Shown: positions 6,808 through 17,512 of the stretch, in pieces
Layout: every line of letters begins with the position of its first letter
Numbering within the stretch: position 1 is the stretch's first letter
Sequence record: PQ850595.1
Source of the DNA: Escherichia phage AnnaIndermaur_Bas104
Direction: 5' to 3' (one strand)
DNA length: 40,334 nucleotides
The notes under the pieces: generated by a model
What the model saw: only the letters and a program-made list of their open reading frames with translations
Told to the model about the DNA's origin: nothing
The model's database searches: none
Made by a program: the position numbers and the translations under genes

Positions 6808-9459
6808 ATGAACACGATTAACATCGCTAAGAACGACTTCTCTGACATCGAACTGGCTGCTATCCCGTTCAACACTCTGGCTGACCATTACGGTGAGCGT
6901 TTAGCTCGCGAACAGTTGGCCCTTGAGCATGAGTCTTATGAAATGGGTGAAGCACGCTTCCGCAAGATGTTTGAGCGTCAACTTAAAGCGGGTGAGGTTG
7001 CGGATAACGCTGCCGCTAAGCCTCTCATTACTACTCTGCTCCCCAAGATGATTGCACGCATCAACGATTGGTTTGAGGAAGTGAAAGCTAAGCGCGGTAA
7101 GCGCCCGACAGCCTTCCAGTTCCTGCAAGAAATCAAGCCGGAAGCGATAGCGTACATCACCATTAAGACAACTCTGGCTTGCCTAACGAGCGTAGACAAT
7201 ACAACCGTTCAGGCTGTAGCAAGTGCAATCGGTCGAGCTATTGAGGACGAGGCGCGCTTTGGTCGAATCCGTGACCTTGAAGCTAAGCACTTCAAGAAAA
7301 ACGTTGAGGAACAACTTAACAAGCGCGTAGGGCACGTCTACAAGAAAGCATTCATGCAGGTTGTAGAAGCGGATATGCTCTCTAAGGGTCTACTTGGTGG
7401 CGAGGCGTGGTCTTCGTGGCATAAGGAAGACTCCATTCACGTTGGTGTGCGCTGCATTGAGATGCTCATTGAGTCCACCGGAATGGTTAACTTACATCGT
7501 CAAAATGCTGGCGTAGTAGGGCAAGACTCGGAGACTATCGAACTTGCACCGGAATACGCTGAGGCTATCGCAACCCGTGCAGGTGCGCTTGCTGGTATCT
7601 CTCCGATGTTCCAGCCTTGCGTAGTTCCTCCTAAACCGTGGACTGGTATTACTGGTGGTGGATATTGGGCTAACGGTCGTCGTCCTCTGGCACTGGTGCG
7701 TACTCACAGCAGGAAAGCACTGATGCGCTACGAAGACGTTTACATGCCTGAGGTGTACAAGGCGATTAACATTGCGCAAAACACCGCATGGAAAATCAAC
7801 AAGAAAGTCCTAGCGGTAGCCAACGTAATCACCAAGTGGAAGCATTGCCCTATAGAGGACATCCCAGCGATTGAACGTGAAGAACTCCCGATGAAACCGG
7901 AAGACATCGACACGAATCCTGAGGCTCTCGCTGCATGGAAACGTGCTGCTGCTGCTGTGTACCGCAAGGACAAGGCTCGCAAGTCTCGCCGTATCAGCTT
8001 AGAGTTCATGCTTGAGCAAGCCAACAAGTTCGCTAACCATAAGGCCATCTGGTTCCCTTACAACATGGACTGGCGCGGTCGCGTTTACGCTGTGTCAATG
8101 TTCAACCCGCAAGGTAACGACATGACCAAAGGACTGCTGATGCTGGCTAAAGGAAAACCAATCGGCAAGGAAGGTTATTACTGGCTGAAAATCCACGGTG
8201 CAAACTGTGCTGGTGTCGATAAGGTTCCGTTCCCTGAGCGCATCAAGTTCATTGAGGACAACCATGAGAACATCATGGCTTGCGCTAAGTCTCCACTGGA
8301 GAACACTTGGTGGGCTGAGCAAGATTCTCCGTTCTGCTTCCTCGCGTTCTGCTTTGAGTACGCTGGGGTACAGCACCACGGCTTAAGCTACAACTGCTCT
8401 CTTCCGCTGGCGTTCGATGGGTCTTGCTCTGGCATTCAGCACTTCTCCGCTATGCTCCGAGATGAGGTTGGTGGTCGCGCTGTTAACCTTCTGCCTAGCG
8501 AAACCGTTCAGGACATCTACGGGATTGTCGCTAAGAAAGTCAATTTGATTCTGCAAGAAGACGTAATCAACGGAACCGACAACGAAGTAGTTACCGTGAC
8601 TGATGAGAACACTGGTGAAATCTCTGAGAAAGTCAAGCTGGGCACTAAGGCGCTGGCTGGTCAGTGGTTGGCTTACGGTGTAACACGTAGCGTGACTAAA
8701 CGTTCAGTAATGACTCTGGCTTACGGGTCCAAAGAGTTCGGCTTCCGTCAACAAGTGCTGGAGGACACCATTCAGCCAGCAATTGATTCCGGTAAGGGTC
8801 TGATGTTCACGCAACCGAATCAGGCTGCTGGATACATGGCGAAACTGATTTGGGAAGCTGTGAGCGTTACGGTGGTAGCCGCTGTGGAGGCAATGAACTG
8901 GCTCAAGTCCGCTGCTAAGCTGCTGGCTGCTGAGGTCAAAGATAAGAAGACTGGAGAGATTCTTCGCAAGCGTTGCGCTGTACATTGGGTAACTCCTGAT
9001 GGGTTCCCAGTGTGGCAGGAATACAAGAAGCCAATTCAGACTCGCTTGAACCTGATTTTCCTCGGTCAGTTCCGCTTACAGCCAACCATTAACACTAACA
9101 AGGATAGCGAGATTGATGCACACAAACAGGAGTCCGGTATTGCTCCTAACTTTGTACACAGCCAAGACGGTAGTCACCTGCGTAAGACTGTAGTGTGGGC
9201 GCATGAGAAGTACGGAATCGAGTCTTTTGCATTGATTCACGACTCCTTCGGGACCATTCCGGCTGACGCTGCTAACCTGTTCAAAGCTGTTCGCGAAACT
9301 ATGGTGGACACCTATGAGTCTTGTGATGTACTGGCTGACTTCTATGACCAGTTCGCTGACCAGTTGCATGAGTCTCAACTGGACAAAATGCCAGCACTTC
9401 CGGCTAAAGGTAACTTGAACCTCCAAGACATCCTTAAGTCAGACTTCGCGTTTGCATAA
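6808..9459 (+). CDS. 1: single-subunit DNA-directed RNA polymerase (T7 gp1 homolog), 883 aa
   Basis: MNTINIAKNDFSDIELAAIPFNTLADHYGERLAREQLALEHESYEMGEARFRKMFERQ... near-identical to T7 RNAP; 883 aa. Confidence 0.97.
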   Translation: MNTINIAKNDFSDIELAAIPFNTLADHYGERLAREQLALEHESYEMGEARFRKMFERQLKAGEVADNAAAKPLITTLLPKMIARINDWFEEVKAKRGKRPTAFQFLQEIKPEAIAYITIKTTLACLTSVDNTTVQAVASAIGRAIEDEARFGRIRDLEAKHFKKNVEEQLNKRVGHVYKKAFMQVVEADMLSKGLLGGEAWSSWHKEDSIHVGVRCIEMLIESTGMVNLHRQNAGVVGQDSETIELAPEYAEAIATRAGALAGISPMFQPCVVPPKPWTGITGGGYWANGRRPLALVRTHSRKALMRYEDVYMPEVYKAINIAQNTAWKINKKVLAVANVITKWKHCPIEDIPAIEREELPMKPEDIDTNPEALAAWKRAAAAVYRKDKARKSRRISLEFMLEQANKFANHKAIWFPYNMDWRGRVYAVSMFNPQGNDMTKGLLMLAKGKPIGKEGYYWLKIHGANCAGVDKVPFPERIKFIEDNHENIMACAKSPLENTWWAEQDSPFCFLAFCFEYAGVQHHGLSYNCSLPLAFDGSCSGIQHFSAMLRDEVGGRAVNLLPSETVQDIYGIVAKKVNLILQEDVINGTDNEVVTVTDENTGEISEKVKLGTKALAGQWLAYGVTRSVTKRSVMTLAYGSKEFGFRQQVLEDTIQPAIDSGKGLMFTQPNQAAGYMAKLIWEAVSVTVVAAVEAMNWLKSAAKLLAAEVKDKKTGEILRKRCAVHWVTPDGFPVWQEYKKPIQTRLNLIFLGQFRLQPTINTNKDSEIDAHKQESGIAPNFVHSQDGSHLRKTVVWAHEKYGIESFALIHDSFGTIPADAANLFKAVRETMVDTYESCDVLADFYDQFADQLHESQLDKMPALPAKGNLNLQDILKSDFAFA

Positions 9460-9467
9460 CGTCAAAT

Positions 9468-9490
9468 TAATACGACTCACTATAGAGGGA
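9468..9490 (+). promoter_or_regulatory. T7 RNAP promoter phi1.1A
   Basis: TAATACGACTCACTATAGAGGGA. Confidence 0.85.
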
Positions 9491-9543
9491 CAAACTCAAG
9501 GTCATTCGCAAGAGTGGCCTTTTATGATTGACCTTCTTCCGGT

Positions 9544-9566
9544 TAATACGACTCACTATAGGGGAA
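9544..9566 (+). promoter_or_regulatory. T7 RNAP promoter phi1.1B
   Basis: TAATACGACTCACTATAGGGGAA. Confidence 0.85.
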
Positions 9567-9644
9567 CCTTAAGGTTTAACTTTAAGACCCTTAAGTGTTA
9601 ATTAAAGATTTAAATTAAAGAATTACTAAGAGAGGACTTTAAGT
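9567..9644. other. AT-rich region downstream of phi1.1A/B: probable primary origin of replication
   Basis: position and AT-rich composition equivalent to the T7 primary origin (established knowledge); not directly testable from sequence. Confidence 0.5.
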
Positions 9645-9776
9645 ATGCGTAACTTCGAAAAGATGACCAAACGTTCTAACCGTAACGCTCATGACAGCTT
9701 CGAGGCAACTAAAGGTCGTAAGTTTAATAAACCATTACGCACCCGTGCTCATAAACGCTGCTGGGAGGGCCAGTAA
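9645..9776 (+). CDS. 1.1: gp1.1 homolog, 43 aa basic protein
   Basis: MRNFEKMTKRSNRNAHDSFEATKGRKFNKPLRTRAHKRCWEGQ; matches T7 gp1.1 N-terminus. Confidence 0.8.
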   Translation: MRNFEKMTKRSNRNAHDSFEATKGRKFNKPLRTRAHKRCWEGQ

Positions 9777-9777
9777 G

Positions 9778-10050
9778 ATGGGACGTCTGTATAGTGGTAA
9801 TCTGGCAGCATACAAAGACGCTATTGAGCGCATCAAGGAGGACTACGATGTCAACGTAGTCATTGAGACTTTCCGATATATGAGCTATGCGCGGATGCGT
9901 TGGGTAGCTGGAGAGACTATTCGAGTGGTATTGCGGAATGGCGTAGAGGTAACATCCAAGAGGTTCGAGCACGATGATGAAGATGTGCGCTGTAATGCAC
10001 AGACCGAATGGTTACGCAAGGTGCATAGTGATTTGAAGCACTGGAAGTAA
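9778..10050 (+). CDS. 1.2: gp1.2 homolog (dGTPase inhibitor in T7), 90 aa, central region diverged
   Basis: MGRLYSGNLAA... and C-terminal ...DLKHWK match T7 gp1.2; ORF-track start at 9691 is an in-frame upstream extension through gene 1.1. Confidence 0.8.
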   Translation: MGRLYSGNLAAYKDAIERIKEDYDVNVVIETFRYMSYARMRWVAGETIRVVLRNGVEVTSKRFEHDDEDVRCNAQTEWLRKVHSDLKHWK

Positions 10051-10070
10051 TACGACTCAGTATAGGGATA
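10048..10070 (+). promoter_or_regulatory. T7 RNAP promoter phi1.3
   Basis: TAATACGACTCAGTATAGGGATA (same C-to-G variant as T7 phi1.3). Confidence 0.85.
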
Positions 10071-10075
10071 ACCCA

Positions 10076-10489
10076 ATGACCGACATAGAACGATTCAACA
10101 GTAAGACCGAACCATGTGGTGACTGTTTGCGTTGGACTGGTAGTATCCAGCCCAATGGTTACGGACGGTTCCGCCTGTATGGTAAGCCTGTATATGCCCA
10201 TAGGGCTTCGTACATTCTGTTCAACGGTGAGTTGAATAAGAGTGATGTAGTCCTACACTCCTGTGACAATAGGTGGTGTGTAAATCCTGCACATCTAACC
10301 AAGGGCACACAGGCAGATAACCTTAGAGACATGGCTATCAAAGGACGTGGTGCTAGAAAGATAACTAATGAGCAGGTCGATATGATACGGACGGACCCTC
10401 GCTCCGGCAGGGAGCTAGCAAGGGCACTTAATGTCGCTGCTTCAACAATACACTACATACGAAATGGCAAACTGAGGAAATACATATGA
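10076..10489 (+). CDS. free-standing HNH homing endonuclease, 137 aa
   Basis: HNH motif region YAHRASY...LHSCDNRWCVNPAHL; inserted between phi1.3 and the ligase gene where T7 has only the R1.3 leader; ATGA overlap with ligase start. Confidence 0.8.
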   Translation: MTDIERFNSKTEPCGDCLRWTGSIQPNGYGRFRLYGKPVYAHRASYILFNGELNKSDVVLHSCDNRWCVNPAHLTKGTQADNLRDMAIKGRGARKITNEQVDMIRTDPRSGRELARALNVAASTIHYIRNGKLRKYI

Positions 10490-11520
10490 TTATTAACTTT
10501 AAGACTTCACCATACAAGGCAGTATCTTTCGTAGAGTCTGCCATTAAGAAAGCTCTGGATAACGCTGGGTATCTTATTGCAGACATTAAGTACGATGGTG
10601 TGCGTGGTAACATCTGCGTAGACAATACTGCTAACTGCTGCTGGCTCTCTCGTGTGTCTAAAACGATTCCGGCGCTGGAGCACTTAAACGGGTTTGATGT
10701 TCGCTGGAAGCGTCTGCTGAGCGATGACCGTTGTTTCTACAAAGATGGCTTTATGCTCGATGGTGAACTCATGGTCAAGGGCGTAGACTTTAACACAGGG
10801 TCTGGCCTACTGCGCACCAAGTGGCTCAACAAGAATAACTTTGAGTTCGACGTTGGCGGTGTACCTCCGCTCAAGGGGTCCAAGGTTGAGTTCGCGTTGG
10901 ACACCAAACGTCTGAGTGTCAAACTGTACGCTATCCTCCCTCTGCACATCGTGGAGTCTGGTGAAGACTATGATGTCATGACGTTGCTCATGCAGGAACA
11001 CGTTAAGAACATGCTGCCTCTGCTACAGGAATACTTCCCTGAAATCGAATGGCAAGCGGCTGAATCTTACGAGGTCTACGATATGGTAGAACTACAGCAA
11101 CTGTATGAGAAGAAGCGTGAAGAAGGCCATGAGGGTCTCATTGTGAAAGACCCGATGTGCATCTACAAGCGAGGCAAGAAGTCAGGCTGGTGGAAAATGA
11201 AGCCAGAGAATGAGGCTGATGGTATCATTCAGGGTCTGATATGGGGGACCGAAGGTCTTGCTAATGAGGGCAAAGTGATTGGCTTTGAGGTGCTTCTTGA
11301 GAGTGGTCGTGTAGTTAACGCCACAAACATCTCTCGCGCCTTAATGGATGAGTTTACAGCGGCATGTGATACTGACACATACCACCTTGCCGGTATAAAC
11401 CCGTACCAAGGCTGGGCCTGCCAGATTAGCTACATGGAGGAAACACCTGACGGCTCCCTGCGTCACCCATCGTTCGTATGTTTCCGTGGCACCGAGGATA
11501 ACCCTCAAGAGAAAATGTAA
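10486..11520 (+). CDS. 1.3: ATP-dependent DNA ligase (T7 gp1.3 homolog), 344 aa
   Basis: adenylation motif KYDGVRG; near-identical to T7 ligase but ~15 aa shorter. Confidence 0.93.
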   Translation: MIINFKTSPYKAVSFVESAIKKALDNAGYLIADIKYDGVRGNICVDNTANCCWLSRVSKTIPALEHLNGFDVRWKRLLSDDRCFYKDGFMLDGELMVKGVDFNTGSGLLRTKWLNKNNFEFDVGGVPPLKGSKVEFALDTKRLSVKLYAILPLHIVESGEDYDVMTLLMQEHVKNMLPLLQEYFPEIEWQAAESYEVYDMVELQQLYEKKREEGHEGLIVKDPMCIYKRGKKSGWWKMKPENEADGIIQGLIWGTEGLANEGKVIGFEVLLESGRVVNATNISRALMDEFTAACDTDTYHLAGINPYQGWACQISYMEETPDGSLRHPSFVCFRGTEDNPQEKM

Positions 11521-11527
11521 TCACACT

Positions 11528-11556
11528 GGCTCACCTTCGGGTGGGCCTTTCTGCGT
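11528..11556 (+). terminator. early terminator TE (rho-independent, host RNAP)
   Basis: GGCTCACCTTCGGGTGGGCC hairpin followed by TTTCTGCGTTTA; identical in sequence and position to T7 TE. Confidence 0.85.
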
Positions 11557-11573
11557 TTATAAGGAGACACTTT

Positions 11574-11729
11574 ATGTTTAAGAAGGTAGGTAAATTCCTT
11601 GTGGCTTGGGCAGCTATCCTTACGTTTGCATATCTTCTGGCGGTATACCCTCAAGCAGCACTTGTAGTAGTGGGCGCTTGTTGTCTAGCGGCAGCGTGTG
11701 CTTGCGTGTGGTACTTCGTCAATTGCTAA
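11574..11729 (+). CDS. 1.4: gp1.4 homolog, 51 aa hydrophobic protein
   Basis: MFKKVGKFLVAWAAILTFAYLLAVYPQAALVVVGACCLAAACACVWYFVNC; matches T7 gp1.4. Confidence 0.75.
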   Translation: MFKKVGKFLVAWAAILTFAYLLAVYPQAALVVVGACCLAAACACVWYFVNC

Positions 11730-11749
11730 TACGACTCACTAAAGGAGGT
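11727..11749 (+). promoter_or_regulatory. T7 RNAP promoter phi1.5
   Basis: TAATACGACTCACTAAAGGAGGT. Confidence 0.85.
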
Positions 11750-11756
11750 ACACACC

Positions 11757-11849
11757 ATGATGTACTTAATGCCATTACTCATTGTCATCTTAGGATGCCT
11801 TGCGCTTCACTATACTGACGATGATGATATGCCCGATGGTCACGCTTGA
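11757..11849 (+). CDS. 1.5: gp1.5 homolog, 30 aa
   Basis: MMYLMPLLIVILGCLALHYTDDDDMPDGHA; matches T7 gp1.5. Confidence 0.7.
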   Translation: MMYLMPLLIVILGCLALHYTDDDDMPDGHA

Positions 11850-11872
11850 CGACACCACTAAGGAGATACCTT

Positions 11873-11995
11873 ATGATGTACTTAATGCCACTACTGATGC
11901 TATTCTTGGTGTCATTACTCATTCTCATCCCTGTATATGCTGTACTGCGTGATGATGATGATGACGATGATGACACACAAGATGACCACGCTTAA
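11873..11995 (+). CDS. gp1.5 paralog (tandem duplicate), 40 aa with poly-Asp tract
   Basis: MMYLMPLLMLFLVSLLILIPVYAVLRDDDDDDDDTQDDHA; same first 6 codons as 1.5; preceded by a degenerate promoter-like remnant. Confidence 0.55.
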   Translation: MMYLMPLLMLFLVSLLILIPVYAVLRDDDDDDDDTQDDHA

Positions 11996-12015
11996 TACGA
12001 CTCACTAAAGGAGGT
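11993..12015 (+). promoter_or_regulatory. T7 RNAP promoter phi1.6
   Basis: TAATACGACTCACTAAAGGAGGT. Confidence 0.85.
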
Positions 12016-12020
12016 ACTAT

Positions 12021-12281
12021 ATGTTTCGACTTCATTTCAACAAAAGCATTAAGAGTTTCACGGTTCGCCGTGCTGACCGTTCAATCGTATGTGCGAGCGA
12101 GCGCAGAGCTAAGTTGCCTCTTATTGGCAACACAGTTCCTTTGGCACCGCGCGTCCACATCATTATCACCCGTGGTGACTTTGAGAAAGCAATAGACAAG
12201 AAACGTCCGGTTCTTAGTGTGGCAGTGACCCGCTTCCCGTTCGTCCGTCTGTTACTCAAACGAATCAAGGAGGTGTTCTGA
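12021..12281 (+). CDS. 1.6: gp1.6 homolog, 86 aa
   Basis: [31 protein letters not shown]... near-identical to T7 gp1.6. Confidence 0.85.
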   Translation: MFRLHFNKSIKSFTVRRADRSIVCASERRAKLPLIGNTVPLAPRVHIIITRGDFEKAIDKKRPVLSVAVTRFPFVRLLLKRIKEVF

Positions 12282-12820
12282 TGGGATGCATAGCTTGCTT
12301 AGAGAAAGACGACCGTTATCCACACACCTGTAATAAAGGAGCTAACAATATGACCGAACGTGAACAAGATATTATCATTAAGTTGATAGATAATAACGAG
12401 GGTCGTACTGGCGACACGTCTGGTTGCGGCCTGTTCTGTGCTGGAGTACCTTGTGGTGAGTGCCCTGTAACAAACGATGAGAACATTACCTTAGGTGAAA
12501 TCCGAGCGATGGACCCACGTAAACCTCATCTGAATAAACTTGAGGTAACTCCTACAGACGACCAGCCTTCCTCTGAGCCAATCGAAGGTGTCACTAAGCC
12601 TTCCCATTACATGCTGTTCGACGACATTGAGGCTATCGAGGTGATTGCCCGCTCAATGACTTGTGAGCAGTTCAAAGGTTACTGCTTCGGGAACATCCTT
12701 AAGTACCGACTGCGTGCTGGTAAGAAGTCCGAACTGGCTTACTTAGAGAAAGACATGGCGAAAGCTGACTTCTATGGGGAACTGTACGAGAAACATAAGG
12801 ATAAGTGCTATGACGCGTGA
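12281..12820 (+). CDS. 1.7: gp1.7 homolog (nucleotide kinase in T7), 179 aa, N-terminally shorter than T7
   Basis: GCIACLEKDDRYPHTCNKGAN...KYRLRAGKKSELAYLEKD... matches T7 gp1.7. Confidence 0.85.
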   Translation: MGCIACLEKDDRYPHTCNKGANNMTEREQDIIIKLIDNNEGRTGDTSGCGLFCAGVPCGECPVTNDENITLGEIRAMDPRKPHLNKLEVTPTDDQPSSEPIEGVTKPSHYMLFDDIEAIEVIARSMTCEQFKGYCFGNILKYRLRAGKKSELAYLEKDMAKADFYGELYEKHKDKCYDA

Positions 12821-13037
12821 AGAACTTCAAGCCGCATCGGTGAAGCGTAGAGCGCACAGGTTCTATCGGGCATACAAGGCTCTGCGCATGGGCATGCTGA
12901 TGTTCTCGTTAGGACACAGTGAATATTGTGATAGTGACCTCCTACCGTTTGCTTATAAGAAGACACCTAGTCTGATTATCAAGGTAGAGGAGTATGAATA
13001 TTCTGACGACTGTGTTATGGTGAACCGCTATGCTTAA
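12810..13037 (+). CDS. 1.8: gp1.8 homolog, 75 aa (C-terminally longer than T7)
   Basis: MTREELQAASVKRRAHRFYRAYKALRMGMLMFSLGHSEYCDSDLLPF... matches T7 gp1.8 start; ATG at 12810 overlaps 1.7 stop. Confidence 0.7.
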   Translation: MTREELQAASVKRRAHRFYRAYKALRMGMLMFSLGHSEYCDSDLLPFAYKKTPSLIIKVEEYEYSDDCVMVNRYA

Positions 13038-13078
13038 GCCTTCCGAATGGTGCCACAAGATGTGGACTGAATGTATAG

Positions 13079-13342
<264 letters not shown>

Positions 13343-13345
<3 letters not shown>

Positions 13346-13365
13346 TACGACTCACTATTAGGGGG
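13343..13365 (+). promoter_or_regulatory. T7 RNAP promoter phi2.5
   Basis: TAATACGACTCACTATTAGGGGG. Confidence 0.8.
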
Positions 13366-13412
13366 AAGCCTCCCTTTGAGAAACCAAATGAAACCTAAAG
13401 GAGATTAACATT

Positions 13413-14111
13413 ATGGCTAAGAAGATTTTCACCTCTGCGCTGGGTACTGCTGAACCTTACGCTTACATCGCTAAGCCGGACTACGGCAACGAAGAGCGTG
13501 GCTTCGGGAACCCTCGCGGTGTCTACAAAGTTGACCTGACTATTCCCAACAAAGACCCGCGCTGCCAACGCATGGTCGATGAAATCGTGAAGTGTCACGA
13601 AGAGGCTTATGCTGCTGCCGTTGAGGAATACGAAGCGAATCCACCTGCGGTAGCCCGTGGTAAGAAACCACTGAAACCGTATGAAGGCGAAATGCCGTTC
13701 TTCGATAACGGTGACGGCACGACTACCTTTAAGTTCAAATGCTACGCGTCTTTCCAAGACAAGAAGACCAAAGAGACCAAGCACATCAATCTGGTTGTGG
13801 TTGACTCCAAGGGTAAGAAGATGGAAGACGTTCCGATTATCGGTGGTGGCTCTAAGCTGAAAGTCAAATACTCTCTGGTTCCGTACAAGTGGAACACCGC
13901 TGTAGGTGCAAGCGTTAAGCTGCAACTGGAATCCGTAATGCTGGTCGAACTGGCTACCTTTGGTGGCGGTGAAGATGATTGGGCTGACGAAGTTGAAGAG
14001 AACGGCTATGTTGCCTCTGGTTCTGCCAAAGCGAGCAAACCACGCGACGAAGAAAGCTGGGACGAAGATGACGAAGAGTCCGATGAAGTAGACGAAGACG
14101 GAGATTTCTAA
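13413..14111 (+). CDS. 2.5: single-stranded DNA-binding protein (T7 gp2.5 homolog), 232 aa
   Basis: MAKKIFTSALGTAEPYAYIAKPDYGNEERGFGNPRGVYKVDLTI... acidic C-terminal tail ...DEDGDF; matches T7 gp2.5. Confidence 0.95.
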   Translation: MAKKIFTSALGTAEPYAYIAKPDYGNEERGFGNPRGVYKVDLTIPNKDPRCQRMVDEIVKCHEEAYAAAVEEYEANPPAVARGKKPLKPYEGEMPFFDNGDGTTTFKFKCYASFQDKKTKETKHINLVVVDSKGKKMEDVPIIGGGSKLKVKYSLVPYKWNTAVGASVKLQLESVMLVELATFGGGEDDWADEVEENGYVASGSAKASKPRDEESWDEDDEESDEVDEDGDF

Positions 14112-14567
14112 GTGGCTGGCGCATACGCTGCGCGTGGTATCCGAAAGGTCGGGACATTCCGTTCCGGCCTAGAAGATAAGGTCTCTAAGCAGCTAGAGGG
14201 TAAGGGCATTCAGTTCGACTATGAACTATGGAAAATCCCTTACGTTGTCCCTGCGAGCAACCATGTGTATACTCCAGACTTCCTGCTGCCTAACGGAATC
14301 TTTATTGAAACCAAGGGTTTATGGGAGAGTGACGACCGAAAGAAACACTTATTGGTTCGCGAACAGTTCCCCGAACTGGACATCAGACTGGTGTTCTCAA
14401 GCTCACGCACCAAGCTGTATAAAGGGTCTCCGACCAGTTATGGCGAGTTCTGCGAAAAGCACGGTATTCTGTTTGCTGACAAATTAATTCCTGTAGAATG
14501 GCTCAAAGAACCCAAAAAGGAGGTGCCATTTGACAAGCTGAAACAATCGAAGGGAGGAAAGAAATAA
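14112..14567 (+). CDS. 3: endonuclease I, Holliday-junction resolvase (T7 gp3 homolog), 151 aa, GTG start
   Basis: MAGAYAARGIRKVGTFRSGLEDKVSKQLEGKGIQFDYELWKIPYV... matches T7 gp3; no gene 2.8 between 2.5 and 3. Confidence 0.9.
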   Translation: MAGAYAARGIRKVGTFRSGLEDKVSKQLEGKGIQFDYELWKIPYVVPASNHVYTPDFLLPNGIFIETKGLWESDDRKKHLLVREQFPELDIRLVFSSSRTKLYKGSPTSYGEFCEKHGILFADKLIPVEWLKEPKKEVPFDKLKQSKGGKK

Positions 14568-15022
14568 TGGCTCGTGTACAGTTTAAACAACGTGAATCTA
14601 CTGACGCAATCTTTGTTCACTGCTCGGCTACCAAGCCAAGTCAGAATGTAGGTGTCCGTGAGATTCGTCAGTGGCATAAAGAGCAAGGTTGGCTTGATGT
14701 CGGGTATCACTTTATCATCAAGCGCGATGGTACTGTAGAGGAAGGCCGAGATGAGATGGCTGTAGGCTCTCACGCTAAGGACTACAATCACAACTCTATT
14801 GGTGTCTGCCTTGTAGGTGGTATCGACGATAAAGGTAAGTTTGACGCTAACTTTACGCCAGCCCAAATGCAATCCCTCCGCTCACTGCTTGTCACACTGC
14901 TGGATAAGTACGAAGGCGCTGTGCTTCGCGCGCATCACGATGTGGCACCTAAGGCTTGCCCTTCGTTCGACCTTAAGCGTTGGTGGGAGAAGAATGAACT
15001 TGTAACTTCTGACCGAGGGTAA
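14567..15022 (+). CDS. 3.5: lysozyme / N-acetylmuramoyl-L-alanine amidase, RNAP inhibitor (T7 gp3.5 homolog), 151 aa
   Basis: MARVQFKQRESTDAIFVHCSATKPSQNVGVREIRQWHKEQGWLDVGYHFII... matches T7 lysozyme. Confidence 0.95.
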   Translation: MARVQFKQRESTDAIFVHCSATKPSQNVGVREIRQWHKEQGWLDVGYHFIIKRDGTVEEGRDEMAVGSHAKDYNHNSIGVCLVGGIDDKGKFDANFTPAQMQSLRSLLVTLLDKYEGAVLRAHHDVAPKACPSFDLKRWWEKNELVTSDRG

Positions 15023-15025
15023 AAC

Positions 15026-15112
15026 ATGATTATTCACGAAATGGGTTTATACGATTTGATTTATCATCTTGCTTTCTTACTGGCAATGGTGTACGTACTG
15101 ACCCGTAATTAA
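15026..15112 (+). CDS. small hydrophobic ORF, 28 aa (hypothetical)
   Basis: ATG 4 nt after gene 3.5 stop; MIIHEMGLYDLIYHLAFLLAMVYVLTRN; stop overlaps phi3.8; no strong RBS, so speculative. Confidence 0.3.
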   Translation: MIIHEMGLYDLIYHLAFLLAMVYVLTRN

Positions 15113-15132
15113 TTGAACTCACTAAAGGGAGA
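15110..15132 (+). promoter_or_regulatory. T7 RNAP promoter phi3.8
   Basis: TAATTGAACTCACTAAAGGGAGA, same variant as T7 phi3.8. Confidence 0.8.
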
Positions 15133-15164
15133 CCACAACGGTTTCCCTTTGTTCGCAATGTTGA

Positions 15165-16938
<1,774 letters not shown>

Positions 16939-16941
<3 letters not shown>

Positions 16942-16961
16942 TACGACTCACTAAAGGAGAC
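16939..16961 (+). promoter_or_regulatory. T7 RNAP promoter phi4.3
   Basis: TAATACGACTCACTAAAGGAGAC. Confidence 0.85.
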
Positions 16962-16966
16962 ACATC

Positions 16967-17179
16967 ATGTTAAAACTGATTAAGAAGTTAGGCCAACTGC
17001 TGGTTCGCATGTACAACGTGGAAGCCAAGCGTCTGAACGATGAGGCTCGTAAAGAGGCCACACAGTCACGCGCTCTGGCTATTCGAGCCAACGAACTGGC
17101 TGACAGCGCATCCACTAAAGTTACCGAAGCTGCCCATGTAGCAAACCAAGCTCAGCAACTTTCCAAATTCTTTGAGTAA
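16967..17179 (+). CDS. 4.3: gp4.3 homolog, 70 aa
   Basis: MLKLIKKLGQLLVRMYNVEAKRLNDEARKEATQSRALAIR... matches T7 gp4.3. Confidence 0.85.
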   Translation: MLKLIKKLGQLLVRMYNVEAKRLNDEARKEATQSRALAIRANELADSASTKVTEAAHVANQAQQLSKFFE

Positions 17180-17198
17180 TCAAACAGGAGAAACCATT

Positions 17199-17468
17199 AT
17201 GTCTAACGTAGCTGAAACAATCCGTCTATCCGATACCGCTGACCAGTGGAACCGTCGAGTCCACATCAACGTGCGCAACGGTAAGGCGACTATGGTTTAC
17301 CGCTGGAAGGACTCTAAGTCCTCTAAGAATCACACTCAGCGTATGACGTTGACAGATGAGCAAGCACTGCGTCTGGTCAATGCGCTTACCAAAGCTGCCG
17401 TGACAGCAATTCATGAGGCTGGTCGCATCAATGAAGCTATGGCTATCCTCGACAAGATTGATGGCTAA
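17199..17468 (+). CDS. 4.5: gp4.5 homolog, 89 aa
   Basis: MSNVAETIRLSDTADQWNRRVHINVRNGKATMVYRWKDSK... matches T7 gp4.5; AGGAG RBS; ORF-track start at 17172 is an upstream extension. Confidence 0.85.
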   Translation: MSNVAETIRLSDTADQWNRRVHINVRNGKATMVYRWKDSKSSKNHTQRMTLTDEQALRLVNALTKAAVTAIHEAGRINEAMAILDKIDG

Positions 17469-17512
17469 GAGTGGTATCCTCAAGGTCGCCCGAGTGGTGG
17501 CCTTCATGAATA

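Noticed and set aside
13395-13925. 176-aa minus-strand ORF
   Set aside because: Antisense to the ssDNA-binding protein gene 2.5; no promoter or RBS context.
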